Below the pieces are notes generated by a model. The model ran no database searches and was not told the DNA's origin. It was given only the letters and a program-made list of their open reading frames with translations. This document shows, in pieces, positions 1-12,019 of a stretch of 64,000 nucleotides of DNA (its first letter is position 1; each line of letters starts with the position of its first letter). Source of the DNA: the human T2T-CHM13v2.0 reference genome, Homo sapiens. The position numbers and the translations under genes were made by a program. The stretch lies in assembly GCF_009914755.1 (NCBI RefSeq), contig NC_060931.1; one strand, given 5' to 3'.

Positions 1-549
1 CAGGACTAGCATTCCCTATTATTACATTTAATGGATTTTGCCAGATTGCTTTCTAGGGAAATGCAAACTGAAGTAGTAATGTGATAGCACTTTATGCCTG
101 TCAGACTGGCAGAAAATAAAGTAGTAACATACTGTTGCAAGTGATATGGCTTGTAAATGATATTAGTGTAAATGCAAATTATTTTGGTCTTTTAGGAAAC
201 TTAAAAATGCTTGTGAGGCAAAAACCATTGTGATGTTGAGGGAATAGGTGGAGGAAAGTATATTTGCAGCAGGTGCAACTAGCCATTGCTTCATTTTTCT
301 GTGATAAAACTACCGAAAAGTATGAATGGGTGTTACCAGTCTATTATGTTTAGGGCCATGGGTTGGGTCTTGTTTGAACAGCAAGGATAGGTGGACTTAA
401 GGGATATTCATCATATAGACTTAGGGTAAATCATTGAGAGAGCTGATTGATGAAAATAGCATGACTTGCTTCCTCATTAACCCACCAAAAAGTTATAGGA
501 AAATGAGGGAAATAAAGGACTAGGGTGAGTTAAAAAGGGAGCTCTGTGC

Positions 550-942
550 CCCTGGTGTGCTGGAACTAGCTCTTCCTGGAGTTGATAAATTATTAGGACT
601 TCGGCAAGCCAGATGTTAAATATAACCATCATTAAAATTAAATTATATAAATTGCATTTAAATTATATTTAAAACAAAGGAAATACTCAAAACTTATGTC
701 CTAGTTTTATTATATTTTACTGTTATCTGTGTTCTTGAGGTTATTGACACCTGTTGTATCTGTGTGGTGGAAATTCTGTCAGTGTGCAGTTGCACATCTC
801 TTTCCTATTCTGTGTTCAATGATACCACTTTGGTGACTTGAAATAGGACAGACTATTTATACCATGGAAATCAGCAACTAGTACAAATCAGGATTTTTTT
901 CCCCTGGAGAACAGTTGTTAAATATCTACCCGAATACCACTG
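550..942. mobile_element. hAT (Blackjack) DNA transposon fossil, MER63-like
   Basis: Termini ..ctggtgtgctgg and ..ataccactgg resemble MER63 TIRs; internal sequence resembles the recalled consensus. Confidence 0.6.
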
Positions 943-1649
943 GGTATAAAGTTTTGCTGTTTGAGATACTGATTGTCTTTCATCATTGTAAATGTACTTA
1001 TTTTCTGAAGCTTCGAGCATTCTAATCTTACGTAAAGTTTTATTGTTCTTAGGAAAATAGGTAACTATACTAGTTTTACTCATGTTTTAAAAGATATCTT
1101 AAGCTTCAAGGGAGATATGGCTTATTTTATTTAGCTTTTATTTTCATGTAGATAGTATTTTTGTAAGTTTGTTCTCCTTGTTTTTTAAAACATTGTCATT
1201 TAAAAAGTATACTTAAAAAACCTTTATAACAAATAACCACCCAGAATTTATCTTTCTTGTAAGCCATTAGTTTCATTTCTTGAACTCATTTTAGCAAGGA
1301 GTACACTTTTTCAGTTTTTAATGTGGACATGTTTTTGTGTGTATGATTTAATTCTTATAGCAGTGTTGTAGATGAGGTTGACCAGTTACCAGCAATAAAT
1401 ATTGTTTCTCTAGTATTTTTAGTTAGGGCTAACATTTGATTTCTTGTAAGATTAAAGTGTCATATTTCCTACTTGTTTGTTTAGTTTATCCTCTGGTACT
1501 TTAGTAAATCAGTGAATTGGGAAATTTTTCATAAGACTTGTGATTCTTATTACATTCATCTGTCATACATGTTTCTAGCACTTATGGCAATGAAATTAAG
1601 ATTGAAACATTGAAAACATTATTCTGGGTATCTTATTTATTACTGTTTG

Positions 1650-1862
1650 TATAGTGTAGTGGTTTTGATTTTTGGATCTGTAGCTGGGCCTTTGGGGCTT
1701 TGGCCCAGTCATCTAAACTCTCTAAGCCGCTCTTTCCTCAATATTAAAGTAATAATAATAATAGTAGCTACTTCATATAGTGGTTTTAAAGATTAGATGA
1801 GATAATGTAGCATTTAGCAAAGTGTTTGGCTTAAAGTGCTCTGCAAATGTGAGCTAACACTC
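1650..1862 (+). mobile_element. MIR SINE
   Basis: Degenerate MIR core and 3' end (tctaaactctctaagcc..ttcctca..aataatagtagctacttcatatagtggtt..gattagatgagataatg). Confidence 0.6.
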
Positions 1863-2163
1863 TTACTATCAAAATAATAAATTCTCCTATCTGCAAGTTG
1901 CCTTAAATGGCGGGTATAAAGCTAGTAGTAAGTAAAGCATTACATAAAATACTTAAAATAATGAAAGCTATTGAAACAAAGTCAGGAAGAATAAAATTCA
2001 GTCTTTTATGGCTTATTATCAAAATAATAAATTCTCCTATCTGCAAGTTGCCTTAAATGGTGGGTATGAAAGCTAGAAGTAAGTAAAGCATTACATAAAA
2101 TACTTAAAATAATAAAAGCTGTTGAAACAAAGTCAGGAAGAATAAAATTCCATCTTTTATGGC
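1863..2163. repeat. Tandem duplication, 2 x about 150 bp
   Basis: 1863-2012 versus 2013-2163, about 8 differences counted by eye. Confidence 0.95.
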
Positions 2164-3619
2164 AAATGAGCAAGCTACAATAAGCAGCGTCACTGTTCAT
2201 TTGTTTAGGATAATGGTTAGGTATCAACCATACCAGCAAATGATAAAACCACCTATTCCAGTCACTGAAATACTAAACCACTGCTTTAGTTGTGTACATA
2301 CATTATGGATAAACATAGATAATTTTCCTAAAACACTGGATAATCCAATTGCTGTGAAATAGAATTTAGGTAATAAAGGGATTCTTGGTTCCTTTAGTAG
2401 TTTAAGTTGCACATTGACTTGCCTGTCGACCGTACTTAAAATTACAGACTTTCTTTGCCTTCCCAAGTCCACTTTTTGAAATAGCTGTTAAGTAGCTCAG
2501 TGTCCAAATAATAAGTAAAACAGGAATACGAGGCAGAAGGGAGCATTGATCACCCACCTCTCAATACTACTAGAAAGTTGGCTGCCTAATCTCTCATTAT
2601 TTTGTATTTATTTGCTATTTTATTCTGGGTGCATAGATTTAATATTATGTTGACACTTTTTATCCTTAGTATTGATTGGGTTTTCCCTCTTTTTTCTACT
2701 CTGCTACCTCTATCCCTTCTGGAACCAGTAGTTTAATGGTAAGTATTTAAATAAGATTTACAAAGTTTTTGACCTAGTGAGGATTTTTTTACCCTCACCT
2801 ATCTTGGTGAAAACTTTGTAGACTTCAGACGGTCTCTGTGGTTTCCCAGGTTTTCATTGTTGCCTTGTTTGTGTGTAGACTGATAAAACTTTAGTTCTGA
2901 GGTTCTCCTGTCCTTGCATGCTGTGTCAAATGGCATCCATTGTTTGTGTGTTTCATAGTGATGTTTTTCTTGGAGCTTGCATTCTCTTTTTTGTCTTCTT
3001 TCTGCTGTTTTTTTTTGTTTTTTTTTTTTTTTTTTTTTTTTGGCTGGGGGTGGAGGGGTATTGGAGTGGGAAGGAGAAAAGTCTTTCTCACATCTGTACT
3101 ACTTTTATTTTCTATATGGCATTTGGAATCCTCCCAAATTTTGCCAGGTAGATCTCTGTAAGATGTTTGTTCTGTGTACATTAAAAGCATAATAACTAGT
3201 ATCTTTGGGAAGAATTATAGACTGAGTCCAAGTCCATTGAATGATACTGTTTTTATTGACCCTTAATTCTGCTAAATTTGCTATCAAATTCTGTGTTGTT
3301 ATTTCTTGTTTCACATTTCAAGATATTTGAGCCTTTCAAGTGTTTTTTAAAGGTATAAATATATTAGGATTTTTCATAGCAATAACCGTTAACCTGTTGC
3401 CTCAAGACTTTGTATTTTGATTTAATGAAATTTTTATTTACCACCGAGCATAATGTTTCACTCTTAAACTTAGATTGTGAAATATAATTTAACTGATTAA
3501 AAGAATGAGGCCAGATTTAGTGTGTTAAAACTTATAGTAGACTTTGGAAAGCCACTTTCATAAAATTTTACCATCAAAGAAAATGTCTTTAAAATTTTTG
3601 TGTGTGAAATATAAATAAG

Positions 3620-4450
3620 AAAAATGCAGAAAATGGAAGAGTAGAGTTAGAAAATGAATACCAATGCACCTGTCATCCATGTGCAGTAGAACAGTGCCAA
3701 CACTCCAGAAATCCTCCCCTTTGTTTTCCTGATAATGAAGCCCTTTTTTCCTCTTAGAATAATCATAATCCGTACATTTGTAATCATTTCTTTGCCATTC
3801 TTTGTTTTATAATTTATATATACATTTGTAAAGAATATGTTTAATTTTGCCAGCTTGATATAAATGGAATCATACTCTTTTTTGGGTCTTGCTGCTTTTA
3901 TGTTTGTAAGATTCATTTATACTGTGTGTAGTTCATCATTCTGTAGTTTAAAGTTTATCATTTTTCATTCTGTAAATACACCAGAATTTTTTCAACCATT
4001 CCATTGTTGGGTGTTTGTTTCCATTTTGCCATTATGAACATTGCTACTGTGAATTTTTTGTTAATATGTATTCTGGTGCATATGTGCACAGATTTCTTTA
4101 GGACAGTATTACTTAAAATATGGTCCTTGAACGAGCACCATTGGTGGTGTCATCTGTGTGAGCTTGGGAGAAATGCAAATCTGTGGGCTCCACCCTCAAT
4201 CAGAATCTCTGGGGATGGGGTCTAGGAAACCGAAACAAGCTCTCCACATGAATGACTCTTAAGGACATTAAAATTTGAGAACCACTGCTCTGGGATATAT
4301 ACCTAGAAGTGGAATTGCTGAGTCATAGGTTATGTATACCTTCAGCTTAATAGTGTTTTCCACTGTGGTTATGTTGCTTTTTAGTTACACTGTTGTTTGA
4401 GAGTTTGTATTTCTTTACATCCTCTGTAACAATTAGTATTGTCAATATTT
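3620..4450 (-). mobile_element. Ancient L1M 3'-end fragment, interrupted by MER5A
   Basis: Old L1 3'UTR motifs (ttgtttccattttgccattatgaacattgctactgtgaa; atatacctagaagtggaattgctgagtcatagg). Confidence 0.6.
4104..4287. mobile_element. MER5A-like hAT-Charlie MITE
   Basis: Termini cagtattacttaaa and tttgagaaccactg; degenerate 8-bp TSD ctttagga/ctctggga. Confidence 0.8.
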
Positions 4451-6391
4451 TATTTTTTTAAATTAGAATTTGAGTATTTTCTGAGTTACTTTTAATTAGA
4501 ATTGAATTTTGGCTTTTCAGATTTACTGAAAAAATTGACTTAGATTTACTACAGACTTTCTAAAAATATTATTAGAAATCATAGAAGTAGAGGCAAACAG
4601 TACAATGAACTAAAAACTTCATATCTTCAGCATCCACATTCAGTGTTCATTATATTTTGCAGTATTGGCTTCATTTATCTCTTTTCTCTGAATTATTTTA
4701 AAGACAGGTCCTAAATATGATGTCTTCACTCCTGTATAAATAAATTCATATATAGAATATGTACCATTTTCTTTACATGATGACATTGTCTTTATTACTG
4801 AGGGCCTTTTTACTTTAAAAAGTTAGAATAGGCTTCGTATTAAAACATGTAAAAATTCTAAAATAATGGCAAAGCAGAGTATATAAGCTTTTATTTGGAT
4901 ATCATGAGTGGGACTTTGAACATTCTCTGAACTCTTCTAATGTATTTAGTCAAATAGTTATACTGAATATTTTCTGTTTCAACAATCAGAGTCAAATTTA
5001 GATTTCTTAAAGGGATTATTTAACCATTATTTAGGATAAGAATGTGTTTAGAGTGCTCAGAAATTTATCACTTCTCTGATAAAACTCAGCATGTATAATG
5101 ATGATGTCCTAGTTAAAGACTGGAGTAGACAGCTAAAAGACACCCTGACTCTTTACTCTTAGAAGCAACTCTTTGAAAACCCAGACATACAAACTTTCAC
5201 ATCTGTCAACCTTTTGCTGTGGTATTGTGCAGAGTTCACTATCCTGAATCAGCACATGTCCGTCTAAACTTCCAATAGAATTAAGAGCATTGGAAGTCAG
5301 TGTTTATAGTGAATTAAGCAGTGAGTATTTTTTGAATGTGTGTACTATGTTTGGTAATTGTTGGATAAGAAGGAAAGTACAGGAAACTAACCTGTTATTA
5401 AGCAGTACAGAAAGGTACCCGGTAATTTTTGTTTTGCATTGTTGTGATTCAGTTAAATGCTAAATTTTGCTGATCAGGAAAGTATAGATATGTAGCATGT
5501 AATATATTTTAAAATGTTATGTAATTTATTAAAAATTTGTAAAAAGTTTTAGGGTATGGAAGATAAATGAGGCTGGAGTTGGAAGAAAACAAGATACATG
5601 GCTTTGTATATGAATAAAAAGTTGGTATTTGTTTATGTGTATTTTAAACCAGGGAGTGATCAGGTCTGGTTGGTGTTTTGAAGATAGCCTGTGACAACAG
5701 TTTGGGGAAGGGTGAGGTCAAGAGCAGATGCATAGAGAGGTTACTGCCATAGTCCAGGAAAAAATAACAGTAGCTACGTTGTGAGGGTGGTGTAGATGTC
5801 TAAAGAATTGGTTGAATCTGACAGATACTCAGGAGGTAAAATCTACCAGGTGGGTGATGGCTTGAGAATAAACAGGTGTGGCAGCAGGAAAACAGTGGTA
5901 ACACTGGCCTGACTGGAACATCTTCATTATTCCTTAGCCCTTTGGTTAGACTAAACTTTTTAATGCAACTTACTGGCAGCTTACAGATGAGTTTTTGTCA
6001 TAACGAAACTTTTTCAGAATGGTTTTCTTTCCTCTTTTGAAACAAATATTTGGATATTTTGAACAGTTCTTAAAGACTTAATCCAGGGGTTGGCAAATGT
6101 CTAGTAAAGGGCCAGATAGTAAATATTTCAGGCTTTGCAGATCTTTTGGTCTCTGTTCCCTCTTTTTGTAGTTTGGGTAAGCCATAGAGACAATACATAA
6201 ATGAATGTGTGTGGCCACGTTCAATAAAAATTGGTTAGTGGGCACTGAAATTTGAATTTCCTATAATTTTCACATGCCATAGCATTTTCTTTTTTAAAAA
6301 ATTTTTATTCAGCCATTAAAAAATGTAAAAAGTTCTTGACTCAAGGGCTGTACAAAAATTGACAGTAGGCCACAGTTGGCCTGCAGACCTA

Positions 6392-6922
6392 TGTGGGGTA
6401 AACGCACCTGATAGCCATTTTCTTAAGCATACCTTGAGGATGACCCTGTGTGGCATACAGGACTGAATGTGAGTTCCAAGCTAGGGAATCTGAGAGTGGC
6501 TAATTAGGAGATTCGTTCCTTGTCTAAGGAGAAACATCTGAGCCCCTGTCCTGTCCTGTCCTGTCCTGTCCTGTCCTGTCTTGTCCTGTCCTGTGGAACA
6601 TGAGCTGTACAGGGGATCGAGGTCCCAAGTTTGGGGTTGAAAGAAGGTTGACAGGTGGAGGTTGTTAGTGGGAGGATGCTAACTGAAAATGCTTTATAAA
6701 CTACATGCCTTTTCCAAGCTGTTGTGGTTCTTCTGTCCAGCCTGCCACCCCTTGACTGTGTGTAAGGTGATTCTTCTGACCAGTCTACTGCTGCGGTACT
6801 CTCTGCGCTGTATGTAAGCCTCCAGTAAAACCCCGTGTTTTGTTTGCTGGCTCTGGGTCTTGTTTTTGGCCTCTTGAACTTGGTGCCATTCCCCTTGGAG
6901 TCAATAGGGGTCCGGCACAAGA
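6392..6922 (+). mobile_element. Solo ERV LTR (LTR47-like)
   Basis: TG start, TATA-like tttataaa near 6693, poly(A)-like agtaaa near 6824, 5-bp TSD ACCTA/ACCTG. Sequence resembles recalled LTR47. Confidence 0.7.
6546..6594. repeat. (CTGTC)n pentanucleotide microsatellite, about 10 units, inside the LTR
   Basis: Direct reading. Confidence 0.95.
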
Positions 6923-7767
6923 ACCTGCACTTTACCAACCCCAGAATTTTACCCCGAGTGTAATTTCTTTACGAGTAACTTTTAAGATAGATAGTAAATA
7001 GGCTGTAGGATGTTAATTCCTTTCATTCCTAAAGAGTCATAAATGCTTAAGTCTGTAATGCTATATTTGATTCTTCCATATGTGAATTTGGGGGATGTAG
7101 AAACGAACTACCAGCAAACCCAATATAGCTAAGGAAGTATATAATGCAGAGTGAATTTCATGAAGAGCAGTATCTTTAAGAAGGTAACTAACACATACCA
7201 ATGAAAAGTGGTTTCCATAGGTGAGCCCCAATGGGAAAGAAAGTTAATGACTTTTGTCAGACTAACTGCAGATGTGTTAAGAAAGTTGCGCTGGGTTCTA
7301 GGGTAGTTGTAGGAAACTTGGCTTAAATACTTAGGAGTTGGCATGCTACCTGCTAAGCTTGAAAATCCTTGTAGAACCAGCCCTTCAGTTCTGAATTAAT
7401 TTTTGACATAATTCTTAAGGATTATATTATGTATGCGTTGTTTTAGAAAATACTGGTAACACTGAGTCCAATTATTTGAGTGCAAACAGTAGTCGGCAAA
7501 ATTTTATCTACGTAAACGTTACTGATTACAGTCAGGTGCCCAACTGCTATACTTTAAATTAGATTTTAGTTGTGATAGTAATCTGTTAATGTATATTTAG
7601 CCTTCCTTGTTACCTGTTGATTTGCCATGGTGGCTGTAAAAAAAATTAGATTATTGACAATAACAAAAAATACTTTTAGCCAAGTATATTTAAGATTTTA
7701 AGGCCCCAGTTGCTAAAAGGTCATTTAAAATAATTCTATCAAATTTTGTTAGGTACATTTTATATTT

Positions 7768-7975
7768 GCTCAAGCGATCCTCCCACCTTAGCCTCTCGAG
7801 TAGCTGGGACTACAGGCACACACCACCATGCCTGGCTAATTTAAAAACTTTTTTTCCGTAGAGACAGGGTCTCATTACATTGCTCAGGGTGGTCTGGAAT
7901 TCCTGTACTCAAGCAGTCCTCCCTCCTTGGTCTCTCAGAGTGTTGGGATTACAGACGCGAGCTACTATGCCAGCC
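7768..7975 (-). mobile_element. AluJ fragment lacking its 3' end
   Basis: Antisense Alu motifs with J-type features (gctcaagcgatcctccc, gagacagggtctc). Confidence 0.85.
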
Positions 7976-10484
7976 CTCTGAGGATTTTTAAATAGGTATT
8001 TTGTTGCATTTGATACTGGTTACATCCTGATAGTTGACAGCATAGTAAAGTGCTCCTGTTGTGTTTGTGCGTTCATGTGCATATGTATGTGTGTGTGGAA
8101 AGTGAGACATAAATGTAGTGAGCCATGCTTTAAAAATGTCTTTTAGCTGTTCAGAGCTGTCTTTGTTCAATTGAGTACTAAGGAGAAAATTGTGAAGACA
8201 GAAAAAAACCACTTCATCTTCAAATCTGGGCAAGAAGCAGCATATATTGGAGGGAGGATATATTTGTTCATTCACCCAATAAATATATATGTCACTCTGC
8301 GTTGACATAGTTCTATGAAGTAAACAGATATTGTGATGTGAAACATGAGGAAGGTATGTTTTAAAATTATTCCTTATGTTTTTTAGTTCAGTATAATTAT
8401 TTAAAACATTTTCTGTTTTTATTTGAAAGTCCTAAAGACATTTAAGTGATAGTTTCATTAAGACTGTAACTACACCTGTGGCTCTTGGATTAATTTTAAG
8501 TCTAATGAATTTGTTATCTGGTTGCTATACATTAAAAGCAGTAATTTCTCTTTTGTTTATATTTTAAAGAGGTAAGAGTTTCAGTAAAATTCAACTGAAA
8601 TTTAGTAAATAGCTTTGGGAATAGCTAAAACATGATAAAACAACAAATGTAGGAGAGGAATAATTTATATATCTTATAATATTTTAGGGATTATATGTAT
8701 ACCTTACAGACAGAACCTAAAACGAAACACTTGATAAGTAGAAGCCATGTGAGCTGTACCCAAGTGGCTACTTTGGTTCTGGAGCTTACTATCATTCTTT
8801 GGTCTTAAGTTTTCTGCAACTGAAGGGAATTGGAAATGTGTTTGTTTAGAAACATTATTCTGGGACATTGAGCTTAATTGAGAATTTTAGCTGTGGCTGG
8901 TACAGGTTTTTCCTAGTGTTTTGCTTTAAGCCAATGCGTATAAACAGTAGCCATAGAGGCTAGAGTTCATTGTTGTAATTATTCTGAAACCCATAGTTGT
9001 TTAAACCTTTTTTCTCTTCATTTGACTTCCACAATATAATCTAAGACCCAGGTGAAACTAACATATTGCTCATGTTACATGTGGCCTCATAGGCTAGTGG
9101 GCATTATACATGTGAGAAGTTAGTGTCGGGTAAGAAGCTGTGGCTCAGACATGCATTTCTCCCTCTAGTTTGTGAATTCCCAGAGCAAATGCCATTACTC
9201 CATCCTTCCTCCCTCCCTGCCTTTCTACTGAGAGAAAATTCCCAGAGCAGAGGCTGTTGTCATATTTATGAAAACAAACAAATAGACTGTAACTACTGTT
9301 AAAGCTCATGCTCAGTTCCAAAAGTGCTTTGCATACTTAGTCAGATTTCTAGAATTGCCCCCGAGAATATGGACTAAGTTACCGTTGGCACTGAGGCATC
9401 CTCCTATTCTGTAGTGAGCTTGTTTCACATCAGTGAAGAATAAAAAACTACTTAACCTCCCTGTGTCTGTCTTGTGATCATTCTGTACCCTCATTCACTA
9501 CCTTCCTCCCCCAGTGGTGATGTGTGGCCATTTCGAGGTTCCCTGGTGGCAGAATATGTTCGGTATATTCGATTTTACAAGGTCCATTTGTATTAGGTAA
9601 ACCACTGATCCCTAGGTCCTTGTTGTGTTATTGGCATACTCTCTCATATTATAAATTAAGGATGCCTTGTTTGTATTGCCACATGGATTTTATTTAGTTT
9701 TCCATGAGAGCTGACCTGTCCTGTGCTACCATAGTTTAAGTTGACTTTTCTACCGTTGTGAATAGTGGTTTAGTTCTTTCCCTTCATCAGCTGTTTGATA
9801 AGAGCAATCACGTTGTACTCTGTTTGACATTATTCTGTAAAATGGATTAATTTATTAATTCAAACAAATTTAAAAGAGAAATTTTTATTATATTATTTGG
9901 TTGTTTTCCCAGGGAAATACCCATGTTGCTCAAGATGACCTTTATTTTCTAATAAAGTTGTAATTTTCTCTGTCAGAATTATTTTCTATACATTTTATGG
10001 GGCACACGTAACATTACATTACATAACATAACATTGTACAACATAGCATCACAGTGACAGGAAAATACCCTCTGTCAGTGGTGGCCCACTGTTAAGATAT
10101 TTATAGTTATTTTAATCTATCAGATTTGTAGGTTATATGTATTTAAAATGATCTAGACAGTAAAGCATGAAGAATAAAGCTAATGGGATATTTTTGGGAG
10201 TGAGGTGGAGGAGACAAAAAAGATGGACAGAAAGTTGATTGATGGGCTAGAAGGTAATAAAAGGGTATCAGTAATAAAAGCAAAAAAGGGAAAAAAGGGG
10301 GCATCTCTGCAGTGTTATTTTTAAGAGTGTGAATATGCCAAAGACATAAAAATGTGTGCCTGCTTTTCTTGCATTTTATGACTTCAACAATAGCTGTCCA
10401 ATTTTTTCACTTGTTATGGGGGAATTATTAAATCTCAAGTACTTTATCGCTCTGGGTTTCTGCATAGTTTTCCAAATATGGGAA

Positions 10485-10515
<31 letters not shown>

Positions 10516-10519
10516 TGTA

Positions 10520-10811
10520 TTTTTTTTTTTTGGAGACAGTCTCATTCTGTCACCCAGGCTGGAGTGCAGTGACACAAACTTGGCTCACTGCAAGCTCTGC
10601 CTCCTGGGTTCACACCATTCTCCTGCCTCAGCCTCCTGAGTAGCTGGGACTACAGTCGCCTGCCACCATGTCTGGCTAATTTTTTGTATTTTTAGTAGAG
10701 ATGGGGTTTCACCATGTTAGCCAGGATGGTCTCGATCTCCTGACATTGTGATCTGCCCACCTCAGCCTCCCAAAGTGCTGGGATTACAGGTGTGAGCCAC
10801 CACGCCTGGCC
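10520..10811 (-). mobile_element. Full-length Alu (AluY/AluSc-like)
   Basis: Poly-T, both monomers, gcaagctc/ttcacaccattctcc and ttagccaggatggtctcgatctcc; TATGGGAA on both flanks. Confidence 0.92.
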
Positions 10812-11703
10812 TATGGGAAGTGTATTTGTTAAGATATCCAAGACTTGGTCCCAGTATGGATTTTGATTTGCTCATGGTACCTAAGTGTCTGTTCTTATCT
10901 TAGCCATTCATTCCATTGGTGTTTTGTTTTGGTATTTTGGTATTTGTTTGTTTTTTGCCACTATTCACACGAAATAATCCCTTGGAAATCTCAAAATAGA
11001 CCCCCTATGATTGTTGCATGGTTGTAACATTTTTATGTACAAGATATTGTAAATCGTTTAATTGGTTATAAATGCTATGAGAGAGATCTGGTAGAGAGAT
11101 GAGTGGACTGCAGAGTGTAGTGAAAAGAGTCCTAGTTCTGGCCCTAGTCCTGACTAGTTTTATGAGTTTTGTCAAGAATTTTTACCTCACTGAGTTTTCT
11201 TACCTGTAAAAGGAGATTAGAGTGGATGTTCCCTTAGAGTGCATTTGCATTCTCACAAAGTTGAGTCTACCTGGCTTGGGAGTAATTACAGTGAACATGG
11301 AGAAGTGTAACTCTTTTTGGACAACACGGAGGGCATTTGTTAGGTACACAGTGTGAAACTTAAAAATGTCTGATCCCATAATTAAGTTTGTTTTTTGTCC
11401 CTAACTAAAGAAAAAGGTGGGGCGGGGGGGGGGGGGGTTGGGTATAAAGACGCCTACAGGGCATACTTAAAGAATCCTTGTAAGACATTTAATGAGTCAT
11501 TACAGCATACTGATATCTAACATAAAAAACTGCTTTGGATAGCTTTTCATTCATTCAAATATTTGAGTGATAGTGTGTGTCATGAGAGGCACACTAATGA
11601 CTTTGGGGCTACAAAAAATAGATCATAATTTTCACTTAAAATTGCTTCATTCATGTTCTTTCCAAAGAGAATATATGAAAAAAATAAAGTAAAAGAATTG
11701 TCA

Positions 11704-12019
<316 letters not shown>

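Larger units (their letters stand above)
6084..6944 (+). mobile_element. MER58B-like hAT-Charlie element split by a solo LTR (6084-6391 plus 6928-6944)
   Basis: Starts caggggttggcaaa..gtaaagggccagatagtaaatattt; the terminal remnant tttaccaacccc resumes after the LTR. Confidence 0.75.

Noticed and set aside
2891-3192. Overlapping poly-Lys/poly-Phe ORFs
   Set aside because: Artefacts of the poly-T tract at about 3008-3041.
6504-6938. 144-aa ORF with RTGQD repeats
   Set aside because: Antisense translation of an LTR and its (CTGTC)n microsatellite; no coding evidence.
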